Shown in pieces: positions 29,345 to 38,449 of a DNA stretch of 63,090 nucleotides. The notes beneath the pieces were generated by a model, which was not told where the DNA came from, did not search any database, and saw only the letters and a list, made by a program, of their open reading frames with translations. The translations under genes and the position numbers were made by a program. Numbering within the stretch: position 1 is the stretch's first letter; each line of letters opens with the position of its first letter. Source of the stretch: Lachnospiraceae bacterium UBA3711 (lineage in GTDB: Bacteria; Bacillota; Clostridia; Lachnospirales; Lachnospiraceae); assembly GCA_002371345.1 (NCBI GenBank), contig DFHY01000108.1, forward strand, positions 2,046-65,135. The letters are read 5' to 3'.

Positions 29345-30721
29345 TCAGCAACCTCCAACGGTTAATTCCGGGCACAGGCTCGGCCAGCCCATTCCCTTTC
29401 TCGGTATGATCTGCCTGTAGTCCAGAGTCCTCTCAGAAGCTTCCGTTATGAGAGCGCAGAGCCTCAGGATACCCTGGTATCCCCACAGTCCTCCGCCCTC
29501 AATGATATTGACAAAGTGCCCGCTCCGGCAGTACCACGCGGCTGTCTGGCCGACAGCTATGGTTTTCTCCCCTGTCCCGGGAATACTCCTCCCGCGGCCG
29601 TACTGCACCATCCCCGGCAGTATCGTGGAGATAAGCTCCAGGTCCGGACAGTTTTCCTTCAGCCACAGGTACGCGTCCCTGTCGTCATCGAGAATCTGAT
29701 TGAGGAAGACACCTCTCACATTTATCCCATGGCTTACTAGGAGCCTCGCGATCCCAAGCGGCCTTGAGTGAGCCGTATAGTCGATGCAGACCTGCCATCC
29801 CTCAAGCGCCTCCGATAGCTCACCCAGCGCTTTTCTGCACTCAGCCTCGCGCATCGAGAACCAGTCATCGCCCGGGGCTTCAAAACCGCACACTCCGGCA
29901 AGCTGCGTTATCTGGTCCCGGATCTCGTCACTGGATACGCCGGCAGACATGTAGGCGTAAGCGCATCCCATCCGCTCCGAGAGCGCCCTGACCGCGTCAC
30001 GCGCATTGGGATATGTGCAGATGTTTACAGCAGCGTCCCCGAGCGTAAGAAACTCCTGATACGTTCTCAGGTCCTTCAGCTGCCTGGCGTCATACCCGTG
30101 AGACCGGAGGAGCTCCATCAGCTCACAGTCGGAAGAAAACGGTATGTCGCACCCCAGTACATTCACTCTTCCGGGGACAGTCTCAAGCGGCTCTACGGGT
30201 GTATATTCCGCCATGCGGAGCTTCATGTCCGGGGTCGGCCCTTCTTTCTGGCGTATGCAGTCCATATATCCCTTCACAAAGCGGATATCCGGGAAGCGTC
30301 TGCTAAGCTCGCGGAATATATAGTCCTCATCGCTGCCCGCGAATATGTGAAGGCACACCAGGAACACAAACACCACGGGAGGCTTATTCTCAAGATGCTC
30401 TATGACATCCGAGACGCCCTCAATAGTGATGGACTCCAGATTGTCGGTCTGCGTGTCCCTCTCTCTGAGCATCACGCCGGAAAACCTGTCGCTGCAGCCC
30501 ATCTCCGCCGCTGTCATTACAACGCCTCTCAGGCAGTTGTCGGCGCAGACATAGATACTGTGAGACTGAGGAACAGCCATACCTATGTGGACTATATTCC
30601 AGGTCCCGTGAGCCGGGGCGTTATACTCAAGAGAGCGCGGAAACGGAGCCGGAAAAGAAGCGTCGGCAATCCGGATACGTTCAATCCCGCCTTCTCCTGA
30701 TCCCGTAATCCTTTCAAGCAT
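29345..30721 (-). CDS. nitrogenase component-1-like oxidoreductase subunit (NifD/E-like, copy 2)
   Basis: VCADNCLRG, LVCLHIFAGSD, RVNVLG, AAVNIC, GLWGYQG. Confidence 0.8.
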   Translation of the reverse strand: MLERITGSGEGGIERIRIADASFPAPFPRSLEYNAPAHGTWNIVHIGMAVPQSHSIYVCADNCLRGVVMTAAEMGCSDRFSGVMLRERDTQTDNLESITIEGVSDVIEHLENKPPVVFVFLVCLHIFAGSDEDYIFRELSRRFPDIRFVKGYMDCIRQKEGPTPDMKLRMAEYTPVEPLETVPGRVNVLGCDIPFSSDCELMELLRSHGYDARQLKDLRTYQEFLTLGDAAVNICTYPNARDAVRALSERMGCAYAYMSAGVSSDEIRDQITQLAGVCGFEAPGDDWFSMREAECRKALGELSEALEGWQVCIDYTAHSRPLGIARLLVSHGINVRGVFLNQILDDDRDAYLWLKENCPDLELISTILPGMVQYGRGRSIPGTGEKTIAVGQTAAWYCRSGHFVNIIEGGGLWGYQGILRLCALITEASERTLDYRQIIPRKGMGWPSLCPELTVGGC

Positions 30722-30723
30722 TA

Positions 30724-30996
30724 TTATTTCCCATCCCCGGAAATTTCCGTAATCACATCAGAGTAGGTCGTCCTGCTGGCAACTCCTTCAAGCTTGCCTA
30801 TCTTTCCCGACAGAGCAGAGATAAAATCCTGCGGAGCGTCGACCGCAATGCTTATAATATTGATGTTCCTCTCCCTGTAAGGGATTCCCATTCTTCCGAT
30901 GATGTAATCAGACGCTTCGTGAAGATATTCGTTCAGCTTCGATATCTGTTTCTTATCCGAGACTATTATCGACAGTAGCGCAACTCTCTTGGACAT
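30724..30996 (-). CDS. TM1266-family iron-only hydrogenase system putative regulator
   Basis: RVALLSIIV..LNEYLH..IIGRMGIPY..IISIAVDA..ALSGKIGKL. Confidence 0.88.
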   Translation of the reverse strand: MSKRVALLSIIVSDKKQISKLNEYLHEASDYIIGRMGIPYRERNINIISIAVDAPQDFISALSGKIGKLEGVASRTTYSDVITEISGDGK

Positions 30997-31020
30997 AATG
31001 ATCTCCTTTCGTTGAATAAA

Positions 31021-31216
31021 ATATTGTTCACGGTCTCTTCCCCCTCAGACCGTGAACCGTAAACGCTCCGCGTTTCCGTCGCTGCTTCGCAGCTTCTGTT
31101 CACGGTTGCGGGGGATGTTCCCGCTTCGCGGCCTTGCTCTGAGCCTTTTCACTGCCTTTCGCAAGCAAGCTTGCTCCGGCAGTTGAAAGGCTCAGAGCGG
31201 CCGTGAACAGTAACAT
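31021..31216. repeat. REP/MITE-like structured intergenic element
   Basis: GTTCACGG at 31026 and 31098, its reverse complement at 31050 and 31201; ~21 bp imperfect stem 31136-31156/31178-31198; ends in CCGTGAACAGTAAC. Confidence 0.7.
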
Positions 31217-31222
31217 TTTGTG

Positions 31223-32236
31223 TCAGCATATCCTGGGCAGAAGCTCATTTCCGGGCTGCGGAAGGTAGGTCTGTGTCCCGATAGAAGTACGCATCACCAC
31301 ACGGCCCTTCTCCGTATCCGTCACATATCCTATCACCGCGGCATCCCCGGTGTGCTCCTGTTCCCTGAGGATATTAAGCACTTTCGTAGCCTTCTCCCTG
31401 GGCACGATCATCACGAGCGTTCCCTCACAGGCAAGGTACATCGGATCAAGCCCGAGCATGCCGCACACTCCTCCCACTGCCGGATCTACAGGAATTGATT
31501 CCTGCTCAAGCTCGAATCCGCATCCGCTCTCCGCGGCTATCTCATAGAGCACGGTTCCGACTCCGCCGCGGGTAGCGTCCCTTATGACATGAACATCAGG
31601 AACCTCCTTCAGCACCGCATCTACACTGTTCCACAGCGGCGCGCAGTCACTGCTCACCTTCGCGTCGATCCCGAATTCATCTCTCTCCAGCAGGATGCAG
31701 CAGCCATGCCTGCCTATATCCCCTGTTACCAGTACGCAGTCTCCCGGCTTCGCATTCTTACCTGAGGTGTTGACCTGATCATCGATCACCCCGACTCCTG
31801 TCGTTGTTATGAATACGCCGTCGACCTGCCCCTTCCCGGCAACCTTGGTATCTCCCGCTACTATTCTGACGCCGGCCTCCTTCGCTGTCTTCTCCATGGA
31901 AGAGACTATCTCTTCGAGCCGGTCAAACGGGAAGCCCTCCTCGATGACAAACGCACATGTCAGATACAGAGGCCTGGCTCCCATACATGCAAGGTCATTA
32001 ACCGTCCCGCAGATGGACAGCTTGCCGATATTGCCGCCGTTGAAAAAACGCGGCGAGACGATAAAGCCGTCCGTCGTCATGGCGATTCTCCCCCCTGGCC
32101 GCGGAAGTACCGCCGCGTCATCCGCCGTAAAGTAAGGATTGGAAAAATGAGCCTTGAATACCTGTCCTATCAGTTCCGCCGTCTGCCTGCCGCCCGCGCC
32201 GTGCGCGAGAGTTACTGTTTTTCCGGTAAGGTCCAT
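31223..32236 (-). CDS. hypE: carbamoyl dehydratase HypE
   Basis: LAHGAGG, TTDGFIVSP, GTVNDL, GDTKV, RDATRGG, C-terminal LPRIC. Confidence 0.96.
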   Translation of the reverse strand: MDLTGKTVTLAHGAGGRQTAELIGQVFKAHFSNPYFTADDAAVLPRPGGRIAMTTDGFIVSPRFFNGGNIGKLSICGTVNDLACMGARPLYLTCAFVIEEGFPFDRLEEIVSSMEKTAKEAGVRIVAGDTKVAGKGQVDGVFITTTGVGVIDDQVNTSGKNAKPGDCVLVTGDIGRHGCCILLERDEFGIDAKVSSDCAPLWNSVDAVLKEVPDVHVIRDATRGGVGTVLYEIAAESGCGFELEQESIPVDPAVGGVCGMLGLDPMYLACEGTLVMIVPREKATKVLNILREQEHTGDAAVIGYVTDTEKGRVVMRTSIGTQTYLPQPGNELLPRIC

Positions 32237-32258
32237 ACCTGCCTCCCTTTCTGTCATT

Positions 32259-33329
32259 TCACTGCTTCCCATAGAGATAAAACGCGGAACAGGCGCCCTC
32301 CGATGAGACCATGCAGGCCCCCACCGGATGGTCAGGAGTGCATGCCCTGCCAAACAGAGGGCAGTCCCTGGGCGTGCACTCTCCCTGAAGTACATGTCCG
32401 CATCTGCAGCCCCTGGACTCACGTCCTTCTATATGCGGCAGATCATATTTTCTGCGCGCGTCGTACGCTGCGTATTCATCCCTAAGGCGCATGCCGGAAT
32501 CTTCCATATCGCCTATTCCGCGCCACCTGGAACTGCAGGGCTGCATATATCTGTCGACTATAGCCCTGGCTTCAGGGCTTCCGTTCTCATGGACTACCCG
32601 GGGATACGCGTTTACCAGGAACGGCTCCCCTTCCTGAAACTTCCTGACTATGACCGCCAGGGCAGTGAGAAGCTCCGGCGCGGTGAATCCCGCCACCACG
32701 CCGCTCATACCGAGCTCAAGCATCTGCCTGCAGTCATTAAGCCCCATGACCGCGCACACATGTCCGGGATACAGATACGCGTCAGTCGTATTCATCATCG
32801 CGCGGTAAGCCGCCGGCATGGTCTTGTTGGCACACAGAAGGCTGAAGTTGCCAATACCGTCGGAAACGGCGTTTTCAAGCGCGATGCATGAAGACGGCGT
32901 CGTCGTCTCGAAGCCGACAGAGAGGAATACGCACTCCTCATCAGGATGCTCCCTGGCATATACCTCGGCGTCAAGCGGCGAATATACAACTCTGACCTTC
33001 GCTCCTCTGCCGCGCTCTGCCTGAAGGCTTGAATCCGATCCGGGCACTCTTACAAGATCGCCGAACGTCAGGATCGTACATCCCTTATCAATGGCAAGCA
33101 TGACAGCCTCATCAATGTACGAGACCGGTGTCACGCAGACCGGACATCCGGGCCCTGATATCAGGCTGATGTCCTCAGACAGAAGGCTGCGGATACCCAG
33201 CCTGAATATCTCATGGGTATGAGTGCCGCATACCTCCATGATACGTATCTTCGGTCCGCGGTAAGATGATATTATGTCTCTCGCCTTCTCCATGGCTCCG
33301 GTCATTCTGCCGCCGGTATTGACTGTCAT
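32259..33329 (-). CDS. hypD: hydrogenase maturation factor HypD
   Basis: MEVCGTHT, GPGCPVCVT, GFETT, PGHV, C-terminal Fe-S Cys cluster, GACMVSSEGAC. Confidence 0.96.
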   Translation of the reverse strand: MTVNTGGRMTGAMEKARDIISSYRGPKIRIMEVCGTHTHEIFRLGIRSLLSEDISLISGPGCPVCVTPVSYIDEAVMLAIDKGCTILTFGDLVRVPGSDSSLQAERGRGAKVRVVYSPLDAEVYAREHPDEECVFLSVGFETTTPSSCIALENAVSDGIGNFSLLCANKTMPAAYRAMMNTTDAYLYPGHVCAVMGLNDCRQMLELGMSGVVAGFTAPELLTALAVIVRKFQEGEPFLVNAYPRVVHENGSPEARAIVDRYMQPCSSRWRGIGDMEDSGMRLRDEYAAYDARRKYDLPHIEGRESRGCRCGHVLQGECTPRDCPLFGRACTPDHPVGACMVSSEGACSAFYLYGKQ

Positions 33330-33538
33330 ACCAGGTATTCCTCCATCAGATCATCCGCCTGTTCTTCCTCATTCTCCGTGATCTTCGCGATAGCGGCCCC
33401 GGCATGCACCATAACATAGTCACCAGGCTCAAGGTCTGACAGAAGCTGCGCGGACACTTCTCTCCTCGCGCCCGACGCGTCAACTATGGCGCTGCCTGCG
33501 TTCACCCTGACAACTCTGGCCGATAATCCTACACACAT
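33326..33538 (-). CDS. hypC: HypC/HupF chaperone
   Basis: N-terminal MC, GDYVMVHAG; 70 aa; ATGA overlap with hypD. Confidence 0.93.
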   Translation of the reverse strand: MCVGLSARVVRVNAGSAIVDASGARREVSAQLLSDLEPGDYVMVHAGAAIAKITENEEEQADDLMEEYLV

Positions 33539-33612
33539 ATCTCTGTCCTCCTTTTTATTATCGTCAATGCCCGCTCACCGGGCTTATGTATAGCTGATAG
33601 TTCTCCTCAATG

Positions 33613-35985
33613 TCACGTCTGAAGCCCAGCGCTCATCATCGCCTGGGCGGCAAGCGCCTGCCCGAGGCTTATACCGCCGTCATTCGGCGGGATAAGGTGA
33701 TGGGTATATATATCCATACCGCCGCGCTGAAGATCGTTTCCGGTCATACTGAGAAGCATCGTATTCTGATATACGCCGCCGCTCAGGACAGCTCTGCCGG
33801 CCCCGCTCCTTTCAGAGGCGGATAAGATGGCGCGTGACGTCATCACTGAGAGCGCCCTGTGGAACAGATAGGCCAATTCTCCGGGATCGCCTCCGTCAAG
33901 CCTCTCTCTGATAATCATCATAACCAGAGCATCTGTCGGAAGAGTCATGAAGCTGTCATTCCTATGGCCGCTCTCTGTACATGGCTGCGCATCGGACATG
34001 AGCCTCTCGAGAAAGCGGCCGCATCTGACCTCATCCTCACGTCCCATCAGGCTCGCGTACCTGCCTGCCGAGAACTGAAGCGCCATTGACGCTTCTCCCT
34101 CAAAGGTGGACTCACGGCATATGCCAAGTACAGCGCTTACAGCGTCAAACAGCCTGCCGGCACTGGTGGACACAGCTGTGTTCATCCGCCTGTCAGCCAT
34201 GAGGGATATCGTCCTGAGCTGGTCTGTACGGCAGAGCGAAAGCGCACCGGCGATATCCGCCGCCTCCTCAGGATCAGGACTGAGAGCATGCAGCATGGAC
34301 GCCGCTATCCGCCATCCCTCTCTTGACGCCAGGTCCCCGCCGACCATCAGGAACGGTTTTATACTTCCTATTCTCTCAAAACCTGACCGGCTCGCGAGCA
34401 TCAGCTCGCCGCCCCATATGCTGCCGTCAGTTCCCCATCCCGTTCCGTCGTATGAAGCGCCCAGAACCTCCCCGTCCAGGTCATTTTCGGCCATGCAGGA
34501 TACAATATGCGCAAAATGATGCTGGACCTGAATAAGAGGAACGCCTCTTTCCTTCGCCAGCTCCTTCGCGAAGCCGGTCGAATGGTAACCCGGATGCAGG
34601 TCGCACACGACAGCCTCCGCTCTTCTCTCCAGCAGTGTCTCCATTCTGACGACAGACTCTTCAAGAGCACGCACCGACCTGGGATCCGCCAGGTCTCCCA
34701 CATATGCCGACGGATAGAACATCGGGCCGATTCCTATGCAGAACGTATTCTTCAGCTCGCCTCCTGCCGCGAGAACCGTACGGTCATACTCCCCGCCCGT
34801 AAGCACCGGAAGCGGAGCGTATCCGCGCGATCTGCGGATCATATACGGACTGCCTTCATCAAAATCCATAACGGAGTCGTCGCAGCGGATACGTATCTTG
34901 CGGTCATGTGACAGGATTGCGTCCGCAAATGACCCGAGCTGCTCCCATGCCTCATCGTCATCACGGCAGATCGGCGCGCCGGAGACATTTCCGCTTGTCA
35001 TAACCAGGCATCCGGGCATCTTGACATCGTCAGGATAATCAAACAGAAGCATCTGTATGGGCGCGTACGGAAGCATGACACCGACCTTGGGATTCCCCGG
35101 AGCCACCTCATCGCAGAAAACGGTGCTTGCTTTCTTATTGAGAAGCAGGATCGGCTTCTGATACCCTGTCAGTATCTGCCTCTGGTCTTCACTCATAAAG
35201 CATGAGCCAAGCACCGTCTCCTCATCTCTCATCATCACCGCGAACGGCTTGACCGGGCGGCGTTTTCTCTCGCGCAGCCGCGAAACTGCATCCGTGGACG
35301 TCGCGTCGCAGCACAGATGAAACCCTCCGATTCCCTTTACCGCCAGAATGCCTCCGCCGGCCAGCAGCTTCCTTGCGAAGTGAATCGCATCCGGACCTGT
35401 CTTATCACTGCCCGCAATGTATACCTCCGGACCGCATTCGTTGCAGCATACAGGCTGTGCGTCATAACGGCGCGACTTCGGATTCTCATATTCCTCCGCG
35501 CACTGAGGGCACATCGGGAATTCCTTCATACTCGTTCTTGCGCGGTCATACGGGAGCTCGTCCAGTATGGTAAGCCTTGGGCCGCACTGGGTACAGTTGA
35601 TGAACGGATGAAGATACCTGCGGTTATTTCTGTCGAACAGCTCTCTGCGGCACTGCGGGCAAGTGGCGATGTCCGGAGAGATAAATATGTCACCCTTCTC
35701 CTTCTCGCTCTCAATGATCTCAAAGGTCTTAAGCTCCGGCCTGTCGCTTATATCCCGGACATCCGTCTTCAGTATCACAGATCGCTCAGGGGGAGCCGTC
35801 CGCAGGATTCTTATAAATCTTTCAAGACTGTCCCTGCTGCCCCTGGCAATTACCTCTACATATGACCCCCGGTTGCAGACAGTGCCGGCAATCTGCGTCT
35901 TCATGGCGCTGAGGCTTACGAACGGACGAAAGCCAACTCCCTGAACGATTCCGTACAGCCGGATTCTCTTAGTCTGCTTCATCAC
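33613..35985 (-). CDS. hypF: carbamoyltransferase HypF
   Basis: GIVQGVGFRPF, zinc fingers CPQC/CTQC/CPQC/CNEC, KGIGGFHL, QHHFAH, DGTGWG, PPNDGGISLGQ. Confidence 0.97.
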   Translation of the reverse strand: MMKQTKRIRLYGIVQGVGFRPFVSLSAMKTQIAGTVCNRGSYVEVIARGSRDSLERFIRILRTAPPERSVILKTDVRDISDRPELKTFEIIESEKEKGDIFISPDIATCPQCRRELFDRNNRRYLHPFINCTQCGPRLTILDELPYDRARTSMKEFPMCPQCAEEYENPKSRRYDAQPVCCNECGPEVYIAGSDKTGPDAIHFARKLLAGGGILAVKGIGGFHLCCDATSTDAVSRLRERKRRPVKPFAVMMRDEETVLGSCFMSEDQRQILTGYQKPILLLNKKASTVFCDEVAPGNPKVGVMLPYAPIQMLLFDYPDDVKMPGCLVMTSGNVSGAPICRDDDEAWEQLGSFADAILSHDRKIRIRCDDSVMDFDEGSPYMIRRSRGYAPLPVLTGGEYDRTVLAAGGELKNTFCIGIGPMFYPSAYVGDLADPRSVRALEESVVRMETLLERRAEAVVCDLHPGYHSTGFAKELAKERGVPLIQVQHHFAHIVSCMAENDLDGEVLGASYDGTGWGTDGSIWGGELMLASRSGFERIGSIKPFLMVGGDLASREGWRIAASMLHALSPDPEEAADIAGALSLCRTDQLRTISLMADRRMNTAVSTSAGRLFDAVSAVLGICRESTFEGEASMALQFSAGRYASLMGREDEVRCGRFLERLMSDAQPCTESGHRNDSFMTLPTDALVMMIIRERLDGGDPGELAYLFHRALSVMTSRAILSASERSGAGRAVLSGGVYQNTMLLSMTGNDLQRGGMDIYTHHLIPPNDGGISLGQALAAQAMMSAGLQT

Positions 35986-37133
35986 TGTTCCTTCCCGCTC
36001 CGCCTCCGGCTCCGGTCAATTGCCGCCTGTCCGGACACGGCGAAATGAAACGCGTCCGTCCATTTTCCCCCGAATCCCTTCGCCATTGGCCGGAGCGTGG
36101 GATCCGCGATAATCAGGTCCCACCTGTATCTTTCAACCAGAGATATGAAGTCGTCCTCTTCCCTGAGCGCCGTGTCGCCTTCTTCCGCGAGCGAATCCTT
36201 AAGCTCAAACCATGTTGCCGCCGTGACCGGGCACTTTACCCCTGAGCGCCTGAGCGCGTCCCTGACAGAATTTGCTATCACCTGCTGATGAACCACAAGA
36301 ACCTTCGAGTCCTCTGTAAGGCTCTGTATATAAGGGTGAACGTCCTCCTCGAGCAGTATCATCGGATCTGCCGGAAACGCGACAACATACGGCGTATTGA
36401 ATCTCTCCCTGAGATACTCAGCGGCGGCGATTCCTGCCGGAGATACCACATAGTTGATATCCGCCAGTCCGCTCATCTGCAGCGTCCCGATTCCGCCCTC
36501 CATGCCATGCATAAGCACTCTGCCGTACCCGTTGTCATTGAGGGACTTCTTTATTGCCTCCATCCAGGCGGGATCAAACAGGTCAAGAGGATTAAGGCCG
36601 AGAACTCCGCATACCTTCTCACCGGAATGCTCCGGGAGCTCCTCCTTATTCAGGGCAAACGCCTTCATCAGCACAAGCAGGGCTTCCTCTATACCCCTGT
36701 CGTACATATGCATGCCATCTGTAGAAACCGCGACGCACGGAAGGTGTACTGACCGCTCCGTCATTGCGGCTATTGATGCAAGGTCCGTTCCTATAACTGC
36801 CGGTACAGGAGTTCCGATCAGGGCGATGAACTTCACATCTATCTTCTTCGAAGCGTCTCTAAGCTTCTTCACGAGCAGGTCATCCCGTCCCAGAATGGCG
36901 TCCATATCGCGCAGTCCCGCGCTGAAAACCGCCCCGACCCTCGGGATCGAAGCCTCGTCTGACGGATGTCCATAATAATCCGGCTGCCATCTCGGCTCAT
37001 CGAACCCGCAGACATTTCCCGCGCAGCCTCCTGCGTCAACGATGACCACCATGCCGCCCAGGGCATAGCACATCGAAACCGCTCCCGACTGATCCGGGGC
37101 AAACGGAGTGAGGTATTTTCTTAGTCCCTTCAT
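35982..37133 (-). CDS. nitrogenase component-1-like oxidoreductase subunit (NifK/N-like, copy 1)
   Basis: PDQSGA..DAGGCAGN, TPVPAVIGTD, ADINYVVS..G..AAEYL..FNTPY, HFAVSG. Confidence 0.82.
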   Translation of the reverse strand: MKGLRKYLTPFAPDQSGAVSMCYALGGMVVIVDAGGCAGNVCGFDEPRWQPDYYGHPSDEASIPRVGAVFSAGLRDMDAILGRDDLLVKKLRDASKKIDVKFIALIGTPVPAVIGTDLASIAAMTERSVHLPCVAVSTDGMHMYDRGIEEALLVLMKAFALNKEELPEHSGEKVCGVLGLNPLDLFDPAWMEAIKKSLNDNGYGRVLMHGMEGGIGTLQMSGLADINYVVSPAGIAAAEYLRERFNTPYVVAFPADPMILLEEDVHPYIQSLTEDSKVLVVHQQVIANSVRDALRRSGVKCPVTAATWFELKDSLAEEGDTALREEDDFISLVERYRWDLIIADPTLRPMAKGFGGKWTDAFHFAVSGQAAIDRSRRRSGKEQ

Positions 37134-38386
37134 ATCTTTTCTACAAGCTCCCTGACTGCGGCATAGCCGTATGGCTGCACATCACTGTTCCAGTAGACAT
37201 GTACTGCGCGCGGATGATAATAGGCCGCGTCCTTTCCGATCGTAAGACAATCGCCCTCCGCGTCATCCTCATAATAGAGCATCGACGGATCCTGGCTGCA
37301 GTACACCCGTGTATCAGGACTTATCTCTGACAGCCCCCTGATGTACCAGCCGCTCTCCTCATTTACGGGAGCAAATATCTCTCTCACGGAAAGCCCCCTC
37401 TTTGCCAGCGTCAGCGCCAGCTCAAACGGATCGGCATTCGCGCATTCACCGATTGATATACTGTATCCTCTCATCCTGTCACAGAAAGAATCAAGAGCCT
37501 CAGATGCCGCCCTGTAGTCATCCCCATCGTCTATCATGATGCCCGCGGCCCCGGAAAACGCGCCGTACTGCCTGTGAATACGGTCAGGATCATAGAACCT
37601 TCGAAGCTCCACATACGGAATATTCAGTCTGGAGGCAAGGTCATCCGCTGCCGGCCTGCATTCCGGGTTAAGCACCAGATTGAAGTTCGCCTCTGACATC
37701 CTCAGGAACTCCTCAAAGCTCGCGCACGTTGATATCTGCCGGATGGTCTTGACCCCTGCCTTCCTGAGATATGAGAACATCTCCCAGGATTCGGAGACAG
37801 GTGAGAAGAATCCGAGCAGGTTGACCGAGGTGCTGACCTTGTCTCTCTTTTCAAGCAGGGAATACAGGGACTGCCTTACATGCACCATGGGTGGTCTGAG
37901 CCCCTCCCTGGTAAGCGCGTACATATAGCATGGCCGCACTCTTACGCCTGTATTCTCCTCCGCCCTGCGGCACACCCTCTCCCAGTCAGTACCCAGCAGG
38001 GCATCGGCGCAGGTGGCACAGATCATCACAAGCTTCGGCTTCACTTCCAGATAGTCAACAATCTCGCCGACTGCCTGCGGAATGCTTTTCAGATGGCGTC
38101 CTGTCACAAGATCCGTCTCATCCATCTGAAGATAGAAGAAACGGTTTCTGTACCGGTCCATGCTGCTGATCTGAGAAGTGTTTCGCCCGCAGCACGCAGG
38201 AGACACTATCAGCATGACAGACTCGGGTATAGAGAGACCCGCACGCTTCACGCCGAATCCCTCGGCGCCCGGGGAATTGTATGCCAGCGTAGCAGGGCTG
38301 CTGAATACAAGGTGCTTCGTCACCTGGTACAGGTCGGGTATGCTGCCGGCATCAGCCAGTTCTTTCACTGTATAAAAGGAAGACAT
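37130..38386 (-). CDS. nitrogenase component-1-like oxidoreductase subunit (NifD/E-like, copy 1)
   Basis: SPACCGR, METDLVTG-like segment, ATCADALLGTD, SVNLLG, ANFNLV, PYGY. Confidence 0.82.
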   Translation of the reverse strand: MSSFYTVKELADAGSIPDLYQVTKHLVFSSPATLAYNSPGAEGFGVKRAGLSIPESVMLIVSPACCGRNTSQISSMDRYRNRFFYLQMDETDLVTGRHLKSIPQAVGEIVDYLEVKPKLVMICATCADALLGTDWERVCRRAEENTGVRVRPCYMYALTREGLRPPMVHVRQSLYSLLEKRDKVSTSVNLLGFFSPVSESWEMFSYLRKAGVKTIRQISTCASFEEFLRMSEANFNLVLNPECRPAADDLASRLNIPYVELRRFYDPDRIHRQYGAFSGAAGIMIDDGDDYRAASEALDSFCDRMRGYSISIGECANADPFELALTLAKRGLSVREIFAPVNEESGWYIRGLSEISPDTRVYCSQDPSMLYYEDDAEGDCLTIGKDAAYYHPRAVHVYWNSDVQPYGYAAVRELVEKI

Positions 38387-38449
38387 GTTCCGCAATCTCC
38401 TCCAATAGTCAGGTCTGATTCTTCACATTTATCTCAAATGACATCTCAC

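Noticed and set aside
31223-35985. Ordinary [NiFe]-hydrogenase maturation operon
   Set aside because: No hypA/hypB, protease, Ni transporter or structural subunits nearby, and the genes are embedded among nif-like and hyd genes. It cannot be fully excluded without the rest of the genome.
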